Origin: Candidatus Poribacteria bacterium
GTDB lineage: Bacteria > Poribacteria > WGA-4E > WGA-3G
Reading direction: 5' to 3'
Assembly (NCBI GenBank): GCA_009843785.1
Contig: VYCT01000339.1
Location: 4,228 to 68,227, forward strand
DNA: 64,000 bases
The notes beneath the pieces were generated by a model, which was not told where the DNA came from, made no database searches, and saw only the letters and a list, made by a program, of their open reading frames with translations. Positions 31,200-39,779 of the stretch are shown in pieces (the first letter of the stretch is position 1; every line of letters begins with the position of its first letter). The position numbers and the translations under genes are program-made.

Positions 31200-31348
31200 A
31201 TGTCCTCGGTACCCTGTATATACTCGTCTCCTTCAGTTGTTGGAAACTCAGGAATATGCACCGGTGCCTCATCAGCGACCCCGTTTGGCAGACAAAGTGC
31301 CAATCCGAGTAGTAAAATGAGTGCTCTTTTGCGCAAAATGTTCCTCAT
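31200..31348 (-). pseudogene. 5' remnant of a secreted trypsin-like protease paralog, truncated by the IS630 insertion.
   Basis: A signal peptide plus ...IPEFPTTEGDEYIQGTEDIIVDYE aligns with residues 30-60 of the 31390..33666 protease (IPEGLLEGDFEFPTADGAAYIQGNAEF). The reading frame runs into the IS end. Confidence 0.55.
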
Positions 31349-31389
31349 TATTTTCTCTCCACAAATCGTGATTCAACACGGTGGTCCCT

Positions 31390-33666
31390 TTACTTGATTA
31401 TCAAGAGTTTCCGCGTGGCGGTGAAGTCGCCTGCGGTGAGGGTGTAGAAATAGACACCACTCGCGACAGGTTCACCGTGTCGGTTTTTACCATCCCAATA
31501 CGCGGCACGCCCGCGGCTTTGATAAACACCGGCAGGCTGATGCCCTAACGTCAACGTCCGCACCACGCTGCCGCGGACATCGTAGATCGTCAAGGTTACT
31601 TTCGCATCGGTTGCCAAGTGATACGGTATCCACGTTTCAGGGTTGAACGGGTTCGGATAGTTCGGTAACAGTGCCGATGTCTCCGGTATCGCCTTCATTT
31701 CTGTGAGCAGCTGCAGCAGCTCTTCAAGGACTACCGGTATTCCTTTTTCAAGGCGCACATCGCTGGTCGCGAGACGCTTCGCATCGGTCAGCGCAGCAGT
31801 AACATTGCGGTATGTGAGGTTCCCACGCGATAAAGCGTTCGGGGCTCCTGCGACAGCTTCAATCTCCGCTGCCTGTTCTGCGACCACCGCCAACACGGCT
31901 TCTATCTCTTCTAGCGAAAACCCTTGGGTAGTGCTGTTGGCAGCATCAATCCCTTGAGCGACCGCGGTAAGGTCTAAGATGTCAACCACCGCATCGGCAT
32001 TGACATCTGCGGGGAGGCTGATCCCTACTGGCACTTGCGTTCCATAAAAGAGTGCGACAATCGCAAGGTCTATGGTGTTCACCTGCCCATCGTCGTTGAC
32101 ATCCAAAGGAGAGCCAGGGGGCGGAACAGGAGGTTCAACCGGGGGCTCTTGACCTATCACGGTAATGGTAAAGTTCAAAGAATCAGAATTATTCCCGGCA
32201 TCCATAGTGGTGTACGTCGCGTTGGTGGTGCCGACTGTAGTAGGCGTGCCGGTAAGTAACCGCGTTGCTGCATTAAAGTCGAGCCCGTTGGGTATTGGCG
32301 AGAGCGTGTAGCGATACGGGGCGATGCCGCCTGTTGCCGCAGGCAACGCCAGTGGCGTGATAAGCGTGTCAACCGGGAACGTCTGATCCGCAATCGTAGG
32401 TGGATTGAAGATCAGCGGTGGCGTGGTTGACGGCTGAACGGTAACTTTGACACCCGTGGAGTAGTTATTGTTCGTAAAGGCTTCATTGGCAACAAGGTCG
32501 ACACCTGCACCGTAGTAGGATGTGCCGGCGGAAGGTGCAGTGACCGTAAAACTCACTTCGCTTGTAGCAGCAGGTGCCAGCGCATCCATAGGTCTTGAAC
32601 CGAGCTCGATATCAAAGGGTGTAATGCTGTTATCAAAAGACTGATAAAACCACAAGTTTGTTGGGGACGCAGCGACACCACCCCTGTTTCTGACGATAAC
32701 CGACAGCGTAAAACTTGCACCAGGAATGGGGGCATCCGTGTTCACCCAGACGGCTTCAACAACCAAATCGGATGCAGTTTCGGCAGGTGCAGGTAAATGC
32801 TGCTCGATTTCAGGCAGAATATGCGACATCAAACTGCCGGCATTAAAAAGCGGCTCACCGGTAAACCGATTGGTCCAAGCACTATGATGAATCCCGATAA
32901 CGCCTGTTCCATCACGCAGGAAAACCGGCGAACCGGAGGCACCACCCTCAGAGTCTGCAAGGTAAGCGAATATGAAGGGCAACTCGGCGGTGAAAGCCGG
33001 TGGCAAATCCACGATTTCCGTGTTGTTCCGGACAATCTCTTTCGACCTACCAGCAGGATGCGAAATCAGTTTCACACTCTGATCTGAATCCACACGGGTC
33101 GTGGTATCCAGTTCGAGCCATCCATAAGTATTCCCGAGGGGTCTATCCAGTCTGAGAAGGGCGTAGTCCTTAAGTTCATCCATCTGTACAATGCCAGACA
33201 CACGCGCTGTGAGACCACCGAGCGTCTCATCCACCTCTTCCTCCTGATAATAATCCATGAAAATGGCGGCACCTTCAAGCGGGAGGAGACCGTCCTCGTC
33301 ATGAATACAGTGGTGGTTCGTCATGAACAGATCGGGACCTACGAGGAAACCGGTACAAATAAAACCCCGCAGACCGTCCCGACTCGGGATAAAAAACAAG
33401 CCGACTTTGCGTCCGAGAATGTAGTCCCGACTGTTTGGCGGGAAGTCCCGCATCTTTTCAAAATCATTGGTCCCGAATATTATATTGGGTACTCTTTGAA
33501 ATTCGGCGTTGCCTTGTATATACGCTGCGCCATCAGCGGTTGGGAATTCAAAGTCGCCTTCAAGTAAGCCTTCTGGAATAGCAAACCCGTTTGTGACACC
33601 AAGTGAAACCAAACCTAAAATTACGATTAAAAACAGAATGTGGGATTTTCTAAACTTTCTAAGCAC
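31390..33666 (-). CDS. Secreted trypsin-like (S1, V8/glutamyl-endopeptidase-like) serine protease with Ig-like domains, a dockerin repeat pair and a T9SS/FlgD-Ig-like C-terminal domain.
   Basis: Signal peptide. A His block (TGFLVGPDLFMTNHHC) and a Ser block (GGASGSPVF). Dockerin repeats (DVNDDGQVNTIDLAIV..., DVNADAVVDILDLTAV). The C-terminus is LLPNYPNPFNPETWIPY...YWDGKNRHGEPVASGVYFYTLTAGDFTATRKLLIIK. Confidence 0.75.
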   Translation of the reverse strand: MLRKFRKSHILFLIVILGLVSLGVTNGFAIPEGLLEGDFEFPTADGAAYIQGNAEFQRVPNIIFGTNDFEKMRDFPPNSRDYILGRKVGLFFIPSRDGLRGFICTGFLVGPDLFMTNHHCIHDEDGLLPLEGAAIFMDYYQEEEVDETLGGLTARVSGIVQMDELKDYALLRLDRPLGNTYGWLELDTTTRVDSDQSVKLISHPAGRSKEIVRNNTEIVDLPPAFTAELPFIFAYLADSEGGASGSPVFLRDGTGVIGIHHSAWTNRFTGEPLFNAGSLMSHILPEIEQHLPAPAETASDLVVEAVWVNTDAPIPGASFTLSVIVRNRGGVAASPTNLWFYQSFDNSITPFDIELGSRPMDALAPAATSEVSFTVTAPSAGTSYYGAGVDLVANEAFTNNNYSTGVKVTVQPSTTPPLIFNPPTIADQTFPVDTLITPLALPAATGGIAPYRYTLSPIPNGLDFNAATRLLTGTPTTVGTTNATYTTMDAGNNSDSLNFTITVIGQEPPVEPPVPPPGSPLDVNDDGQVNTIDLAIVALFYGTQVPVGISLPADVNADAVVDILDLTAVAQGIDAANSTTQGFSLEEIEAVLAVVAEQAAEIEAVAGAPNALSRGNLTYRNVTAALTDAKRLATSDVRLEKGIPVVLEELLQLLTEMKAIPETSALLPNYPNPFNPETWIPYHLATDAKVTLTIYDVRGSVVRTLTLGHQPAGVYQSRGRAAYWDGKNRHGEPVASGVYFYTLTAGDFTATRKLLIIK

Positions 33667-34126
33667 AGTTAACTCCTTACTTTAGTAAATATAAGCTGCT
33701 ATAAGCTGCTATAAGCTGCATAAATTTTGTGTTTTTACGCTGTGAGTTTGCATCGTCTCTCTGTTGCATCGTTTCCGATTCCACTCGGTGGTGGTAGAGA
33801 CCTGCCTTGCGGCAGGGTGGAATTCTCTACCAACGATGCTGTTCATAGCATAGCACACGTTAAAATAAAATCAAGTTTTTTTTGATTTTACTATTGAAAC
33901 CGAACCGACGCAGCTAACGTTTATTGAAGTGTTGCAGGTTTGAAGTCCTGCAACATTGCAATCTATCAATCTTGAAATCCTGCAGAGAAGTAACCAGTGG
34001 CCAGTAACCAGTTAAAGAGTGCCTCGCAGTGAGAGTTGTGGCAATAACTAAAATGTTCCCGACACAAGGTCTTAACTGGTAACTCGTAACTGGAAACTGG
34101 TAACTCTAAAAAAGGAAATTTAAAAT

Positions 34127-34747
34127 ATGAAGACGTTAGCTGTTCTTTCCCGGAAAGGTGGCACCGGCAAGACGACCCTCGCGATCCATCTCGCCGTCGC
34201 CGCTGAACGCGCCGGACATACGACTATTCTTATCGATCTCGACCCACAAGCCTCCGCGGCGAAATGGAACGACCATCGCGAAGGCGATACACCTTTTGTC
34301 GTGACGGCGCCCCCATCACGCTTAACAGAAGTTTTGAACAAAGCCGCGGACGGCGGCGCAACCCTCGCAATCTTGGATACCGCACCGCACACCGAGATCG
34401 CCGCACTGGATGCCGCAAGCGTCGCAGAGATGGCGTTGATCCCATGCAAACCGGCACTCATCGACCTACAGGCGATTACCTCAACCATCAATGTGATCCG
34501 TCTCGCGAACGTGCCGGCACGGATCGTTTTCAACGCTGTCCCCGCCAGAGGTGACCGTGTCGATCAGGCGCGTGAAGCCGTCAAAGTCTTTGATGTGCCG
34601 TGCGCGCCGTGTGAAGTCGGGAATCGAATCGCTTTTAGCGATTCCTATAACGCCGGACTCACCGCACAGGAATACGAACCGCGCGGAAAAGCGAGTCGTG
34701 AAATCAGAGAACTTTATACTTACATATCAACCGAAATGGGGGTATAA
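34127..34747 (+). CDS. parA: ParA/Soj-family partition ATPase (small type Ib).
   Basis: Deviant Walker A motif KGGTGKTT, an IDLDPQ block, and a 206-aa length. Confidence 0.8.
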   Translation: MKTLAVLSRKGGTGKTTLAIHLAVAAERAGHTTILIDLDPQASAAKWNDHREGDTPFVVTAPPSRLTEVLNKAADGGATLAILDTAPHTEIAALDAASVAEMALIPCKPALIDLQAITSTINVIRLANVPARIVFNAVPARGDRVDQAREAVKVFDVPCAPCEVGNRIAFSDSYNAGLTAQEYEPRGKASREIRELYTYISTEMGV

Positions 34748-34868
34748 TAGGAGGAGTTACCAGTTACCAGTTACCAGTTACAAAAAGAGATGTGTGTTTG
34801 CTTGGGTGTTTCCCTGAGGTTCATCTGAAACCTCTTTAACTGGCCACTGGATACTGGATACTGATAAT

Positions 34869-35135
34869 ATGGCAAAGAAACCGAATCTCGCAGAAGCTTT
34901 TAAAGTCGATGAAAACGAGTTACAACCGAAACCTGAACTCCAAGTCGTTGAACCTCAGCCGAAGCCTACCGCGAAAGCGGCAGCGAAAAAGAAGCATATC
35001 GGCGGCTATTTTCCACCCGATGTCTACACACAGATGAAAATCCTCTGTGCTGAGACGGGTATGACGACCCAGGAGATATTGACGGAGGGCCTCAACGCCG
35101 TCTTTCGGATGCACGATAAACCACCGATAGCGTGA
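34869..35135 (+). CDS. ParG-like ribbon-helix-helix centromere-binding protein, partner of ParA.
   Basis: A basic, flexible, Lys- and Pro-rich N-terminus. The C-terminal RHH reads KHIGGYFPPDVYTQMKILCAETGMTTQEILTEGLNAVF. It sits directly downstream of parA. Confidence 0.55.
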   Translation: MAKKPNLAEAFKVDENELQPKPELQVVEPQPKPTAKAAAKKKHIGGYFPPDVYTQMKILCAETGMTTQEILTEGLNAVFRMHDKPPIA

Positions 35136-35159
35136 AGTAGTTATCAGTACGATTTTTTT

Positions 35160-35300
35160 TCAAAAAATTTTTCAGTTTGCCTCGCAGTGAGAGTACTCGG
35201 TTAAGAGAGACGCTCTATATCAAGTTTCCCTCTTAACCGATAACCGATAACCGATAACTGACAACTATTCCTCCGACAACCGATAACCGATAACCATTAA
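35160..35300. repeat. Array of 7-bp direct repeats (CCGATAA x3, CTGACAA, CCGACAA, CCGATAA x2, CCATTAA) downstream of the par genes; candidate centromere or operator.
   Basis: Tandem heptamers are visible directly in the sequence. The preceding core 'GCCTCGCAGTGAGAG' also occurs at 34020. Confidence 0.5.
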
Positions 35301-35302
35301 CT

Positions 35303-35503
35303 ATGATTTCTGAAACTTATTGGACAATTTTAGAGCATGCGAACCGCGAGTTAGCGTTGCGTTTTGAGAAACTCAAGAAAGCGCGCGCCACCGGTGATCC
35401 GGAAGGCATCAAACAGGCGCGGATGGAGTATCTACGGGCGTTGCAGGTACTCTATACCGATGCGCAGAGTGCCGTCTCGCAGCCGATGCGTTTTAAGTCG
35501 TAA
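35303..35503 (+). CDS. Hypothetical small protein.
   Basis: ORF with an ATG directly after the repeat array. No domain recognised. Confidence 0.35.
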   Translation: MISETYWTILEHANRELALRFEKLKKARATGDPEGIKQARMEYLRALQVLYTDAQSAVSQPMRFKS

Positions 35504-35784
35504 CAGGCTGCTCCGACTCGTCGGCTGATAGTTCAAAAAAGGGTTGTCAATTTTTCGCAAAACTGATACACTCAATAAATCCAGTTTTGGGTGGCACTAC
35601 GAAGCGTACCGCTCGGTATGTCTGCCACCCTCCCACCTTTGTAGGGAAATATAACTGGAGACTGGAAAATCCTTAAACAATCTTTGTATAATTTACACTA
35701 TAGATTCCATCTACAATATGTTGGACTCTACACCACTGAATCTTGCTTGAAATAGAATCAGCACGAGAGCAAAAGGAGGTTCAC

Positions 35785-36081
35785 ATGACTGACAACACAC
35801 GCAACGAAATTGCGCGTCACAGTTTAGAAATACTCAAGTTGGCTGTACTGGAGGTATTATATCAACACACCGGACCGCATAAGGGTTGCATGAGCGCGGC
35901 TGACATTCGCGAAAAACTTAAAATACAGCGTCCAAAATACGCAGCGGGCAGCGTCAACGATCTGTTTCACGGCACGCTTTCATATTTGAAAGATGACAAG
36001 TATGCCGACCATATTTACAGGGACGCATGGCGGATCACAGAGCTGGGAATATCGGTTATTGAAAAGGAAAACGCGTTATGA
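35785..36081 (+). CDS. Hypothetical protein, possibly winged-helix.
   Basis: ORF with RBS AAGGAGG upstream of MTDNTRNE. Confidence 0.4.
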   Translation: MTDNTRNEIARHSLEILKLAVLEVLYQHTGPHKGCMSAADIREKLKIQRPKYAAGSVNDLFHGTLSYLKDDKYADHIYRDAWRITELGISVIEKENAL

Positions 36082-36114
36082 TGTAAACTGGATATCCTTA
36101 AAGTGATATAGGAG

Positions 36115-37413
36115 ATGTATGCGTTTATGGAAACTGTGATGAAAAAGGCATTTGACCGAGATACGGGCCGATACTACATGGTAGCAATGCCAGGCCCCGC
36201 AACCGTTAGACAGAATATCCTTGATCTTGAGTATCCTGAAGACGGAATCAGCGTTAAGGATGCGTCAATTATATTAGCCGAGAAGCTTAACCTTTCTGAC
36301 GAACAGAAAAATGCAAGGAATAGTTCCAACCTCAATGTGTTTCGTTACAGTGTGGTTGCCCCACAATTTAAATGGCTCTTAGAGGCGGGTGAACTCGAAC
36401 AACCCGGAGGCCCCAGAACCCTCTACTTTCCAGCTATAAGCAGCTCGGATTCATCAGATAGTACGCTTCGTGAAACCTCTCCTGATCCTGAACCTGAATG
36501 GGCATCTTCTCCAGAATCGGTGAAGAGAACAGCGGTGGACCCTGATACAAACGAAGAATACGAGGTACCCTTACCACCAACTTCTGTTGTCAAAGAAGCA
36601 CTTCTTGATTTTGACTATCCAGCGAGTGGAATTCAGATTAAGGATATTGCAGAGGCATTGGCTGACCAATTAGAACTCACCGATAAGCAGAGAGAGGCCA
36701 AGAATACATACGGTCTGGTTTGGCGATTTCATGTAAATATCACAGCAAATGACTTAGTAAACTCGGGGCAACTTTTGAAACTAAGGCGTGGATGGATTAT
36801 CAATCCTGAACAGCCGGACGTGGAGACTCCAGAAGATGCTGATGGTGACTCCGCATTTTCTGATGGAGATACGCCGTCTCCCGAAGCTGTCATTGATCGG
36901 AATTATCGAAAACACCGAGACGGATTGAAGGCAGAGCTTCGAGAAAAAATTATGGCCAGCGATCCAGGTTTTTTTGAGAAACTGGTTCTTTGCCTTCTCG
37001 TTGAGATGGGGTATGGTCGTTCGCGGGCAGATGCTGAAGTCTTAGGACGTAGTGGTGATGGGGGTATTGACGGTATTATTAAAGAAGATGAACTCGGACT
37101 TTCTCTGATTTATATTCAGGCAAAGCGGCAGGAGGGCAATGTATCAGTCTCTCAAGTCCGAGATTTTACTGGAGCATTAGATTGTAAAGGTGCCCAGAAA
37201 GGGATATTCATCACAACTTCAAATTTTACTCAGCCTACTAAAGATTTTGTAGAAGAAGTACGCTCTAGGAGGATTATCCTTATCGATGGCGATCAACTTG
37301 TGGAGCGGATGATTGACCATGACTTAGGTGTTTCCTTAGGGATCTTTTACCAGCTCAGAGAGGTGGATCCGGGTTACTTTTCTATAGATGATGAGGAAAT
37401 AAATGATGAATGA
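36115..37413 (+). CDS. Mrr-family type IV (modification-dependent) restriction endonuclease with two N-terminal Mrr_N winged-helix domains.
   Basis: The C-terminal Mrr_cat block reads GYGRSRADAEVLGRSGDGGIDGIIKEDELGLSLIYIQAKRQEGNVSVSQVRDFTGAL...GIFITTSNF (PD-(D/E)xK with D...QAK). There are two ~90-aa N-terminal repeats (DLEYPEDGISVKD... and DFDYPASGIQIKD...). Confidence 0.75.
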   Translation: MYAFMETVMKKAFDRDTGRYYMVAMPGPATVRQNILDLEYPEDGISVKDASIILAEKLNLSDEQKNARNSSNLNVFRYSVVAPQFKWLLEAGELEQPGGPRTLYFPAISSSDSSDSTLRETSPDPEPEWASSPESVKRTAVDPDTNEEYEVPLPPTSVVKEALLDFDYPASGIQIKDIAEALADQLELTDKQREAKNTYGLVWRFHVNITANDLVNSGQLLKLRRGWIINPEQPDVETPEDADGDSAFSDGDTPSPEAVIDRNYRKHRDGLKAELREKIMASDPGFFEKLVLCLLVEMGYGRSRADAEVLGRSGDGGIDGIIKEDELGLSLIYIQAKRQEGNVSVSQVRDFTGALDCKGAQKGIFITTSNFTQPTKDFVEEVRSRRIILIDGDQLVERMIDHDLGVSLGIFYQLREVDPGYFSIDDEEINDE

Positions 37414-37454
37414 AACAACAACCCTGTTTGTATGAATCATAGGCGTAATTTTTA

Positions 37455-38117
37455 ATGAAGATAATACCAGACAGATTTGTATACCCGACACGCGATTTTA
37501 ATGTAGTAGGTTTTGAAATCAGTCCGACTGAAGATAAGGAACGTATTGACCAGGCTTTTGTGGAAGCATCCGAACACGGAGGTGACCCTCGCGACACGTC
37601 CGGAAAAATGCGGACTAAAGATGAACGCTTGAGAAAACGCTATTTGGGTGCTTTAACTGAGAATTTACTTGTTGAATATTTGCAGTCTGAACTTGGGGAT
37701 GGTGTGTGTGTCGTAAAAAAACCATTTGAGACGTATGAAAAACATGTAGACATAGAAATACATTGGGATGAAAATATGACACCTCTTGAGGTCAGGTCGT
37801 CATTTTACTATGCAACTTACCTACGTAATGTTATCGGTACACATTTCAAAACCCTTGGTCCCTACAGTACAGCCCGTAAACCTGGTGAGACTGTGAAGGG
37901 CTTTTATTTGCAAGGGGTACTTAGGCAGCAGTTTAACATTGAAGATGACCATACACTTTACTTTACTGGCGGTGCTCCAGGTGATTGGTTTTTAGAAAAA
38001 GGAGTCGTAAGTACTCTTAAACAAGACAGTGCTGAGTATTTGGTTTTGCCTATGCTTGAAGGCATGGATGCTACGGAGATTGTGAATGCGATAAAGAGTA
38101 TCATCCATGGAGTTTAA
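37455..38117 (+). CDS. Hypothetical protein, a candidate restriction endonuclease partner of the adjacent methyltransferase.
   Basis: Its stop is 2 nt before the methyltransferase start (operon-like). It is AT-rich. A possible D..E block (HVDIEIHWDE) is present. No firm motif. Confidence 0.3.
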   Translation: MKIIPDRFVYPTRDFNVVGFEISPTEDKERIDQAFVEASEHGGDPRDTSGKMRTKDERLRKRYLGALTENLLVEYLQSELGDGVCVVKKPFETYEKHVDIEIHWDENMTPLEVRSSFYYATYLRNVIGTHFKTLGPYSTARKPGETVKGFYLQGVLRQQFNIEDDHTLYFTGGAPGDWFLEKGVVSTLKQDSAEYLVLPMLEGMDATEIVNAIKSIIHGV

Positions 38118-38119
38118 AA

Positions 38120-39604
38120 ATGAATGTTGAAAACAGAACTATTTTTGAAGGTGATAATCTACATATCCTGCGAGGGTTTGATTCTGAGACGATAGACCTT
38201 ATTTATTTGGATCCGCCCTTTAATTCCAATCGGACGTATGAAGCTCCGATCGGAAGCGAGGCTGCTGGTGCAGCGTTCAAAGACGCTTGGACATTAAGTG
38301 ATTTGGATAATGCTTGGCACGGCGAACTTGCTGAGCATGAACCTGCACTCTATTCTTCTATTAGTGCTGCTGAATTTAGCCATAGCAAGTCTATGAAAGC
38401 TTACCTTATCATGATGGGCATCCGAATGCTGGAACTGCGACGTGTGCTGAAACCAGATGGAGGCATCTATCTGCACTGTGATTCGACAGCAAGCCACTAT
38501 CTGAAAACGATGATGGATAGTATTTTCGGAAGAAATAACTTTAGATCTGAAATTACATGGAAGCGCACAACATCTACGCAAAAAGGATCTCAGCATCGTA
38601 GTATGCGGTGGGGCAATAACGCTGATGTACTCTTGTTTTATGCGATGTCTCGATCTACGTCATTGTGTCCTGAAAGGGAACTCACAGAATCTGAAATCTT
38701 GGAAAAATTCAAACATATTGACGAAAATGGTCAGCGATATTATGACGACTCAGCTCATATTTGGCGAACCCCAAATATGGGAGAGCGTCCAAACCTTTGT
38801 TATGAATGGCGTGGCTTTGTGAACCCACATATAGCTGGATGGAGGTTGAGCAGAGAGCGTTTGGAAGAAGAATATCAAAAAGGGAACATCGTTATTCGTC
38901 CTGATGGGAAATTGGAACGTCGGAAGTATCTTAAAGACTACAAAGGTGCTTCCTATGGTAATATCTGGGATGATATACTACCGCCCGGGCAAGGCGAACG
39001 CACTGGTTACCCAACTCAAAAGCCTCTCGAACTTTTAAAGCGTATTATCAGGGCGAGCAGTAAACCTAATGATATTGTTCTTGATCCATTCTGTGGGTGT
39101 GCAACAACTTGTATCGCAGCGGAAGCCGAGCAGAGACAATGGATCGGTATTGATCTAAGCCCCAAAGCTGTAGAACTTGTAAAATTTCGTCTGGAGCACG
39201 AATTGAAACTTACGGAAGATGGGGATATGCTCGGGGACAAGGTTATACACCGGACGGACATACCTACTCGCTTGGTGCCAGAAGAACCGCGTCAGATACA
39301 TGCTGATACCTTGTTCGGTATTCAAGACGTAGTGGGACAGGCTTTATCGCAAGTTGAACTCCGGCAGTATCGATCATATAAGCATACATTGTATGGACTT
39401 CAGGAAGGCAAATGCAATGGGTGTGAAGTGCTGTTCCCGTTTAGGAACCTGACAATTGACCATATCATTCCGCGCTCCAGAGGTGGCACTGATGACCCTG
39501 ATAATCTCCAGTTGTTGTGTGCCGCGTGCAACTCCACGAAAGGTGATCGGACGCAAGCGTATTTGATACAGGCGTTAAAAGAACAGGGCGTTCGTCGCGA
39601 GTGA
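38120..39604 (+). CDS. DNA methyltransferase (beta-class N6-adenine/N4-cytosine, DPPF motif) fused to a C-terminal HNH endonuclease domain.
   Basis: Motif IV LIYLDPPFNSNRTYEA sits near the N-terminus. Motif I LDPFCGCATTCIAAE sits near residue 315. The C-terminus reads CNGCEVLF...LTIDHIIPRSRGGTDDPDNLQLLCAACNSTKGDR, an HNH with C-x2-C ... C-x2-C. Confidence 0.75.
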   Translation: MNVENRTIFEGDNLHILRGFDSETIDLIYLDPPFNSNRTYEAPIGSEAAGAAFKDAWTLSDLDNAWHGELAEHEPALYSSISAAEFSHSKSMKAYLIMMGIRMLELRRVLKPDGGIYLHCDSTASHYLKTMMDSIFGRNNFRSEITWKRTTSTQKGSQHRSMRWGNNADVLLFYAMSRSTSLCPERELTESEILEKFKHIDENGQRYYDDSAHIWRTPNMGERPNLCYEWRGFVNPHIAGWRLSRERLEEEYQKGNIVIRPDGKLERRKYLKDYKGASYGNIWDDILPPGQGERTGYPTQKPLELLKRIIRASSKPNDIVLDPFCGCATTCIAAEAEQRQWIGIDLSPKAVELVKFRLEHELKLTEDGDMLGDKVIHRTDIPTRLVPEEPRQIHADTLFGIQDVVGQALSQVELRQYRSYKHTLYGLQEGKCNGCEVLFPFRNLTIDHIIPRSRGGTDDPDNLQLLCAACNSTKGDRTQAYLIQALKEQGVRRE

Positions 39605-39779
39605 AGATGAAGTGCCAACGTTTATTCAGACCGAATATTAGCAAAGTTAAGACAAGTGTTGTTGGTCGCATTCAACGGGTCTCAAAGCACCTAACGCCGA
39701 GCAGTGTGTCAGAATCTTGGTTTAGAGGGTGGTCTGAATTTCCGATGGCAGTACAAACAAATTCTGGAGGATTTAGTTT

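Noticed and set aside
33781-33835. tRNA-like stem-loop (GGTAGAGA / CCTGCC-TTGC-GGCAGG / TCTCTACC).
   Set aside because: The inner hairpin resembles an anticodon arm, but there is no T-arm (GTTCRANYC) and no acceptor stem. The outer arms pair with each other. Not a tRNA; kept only as a structural feature of the junction region.
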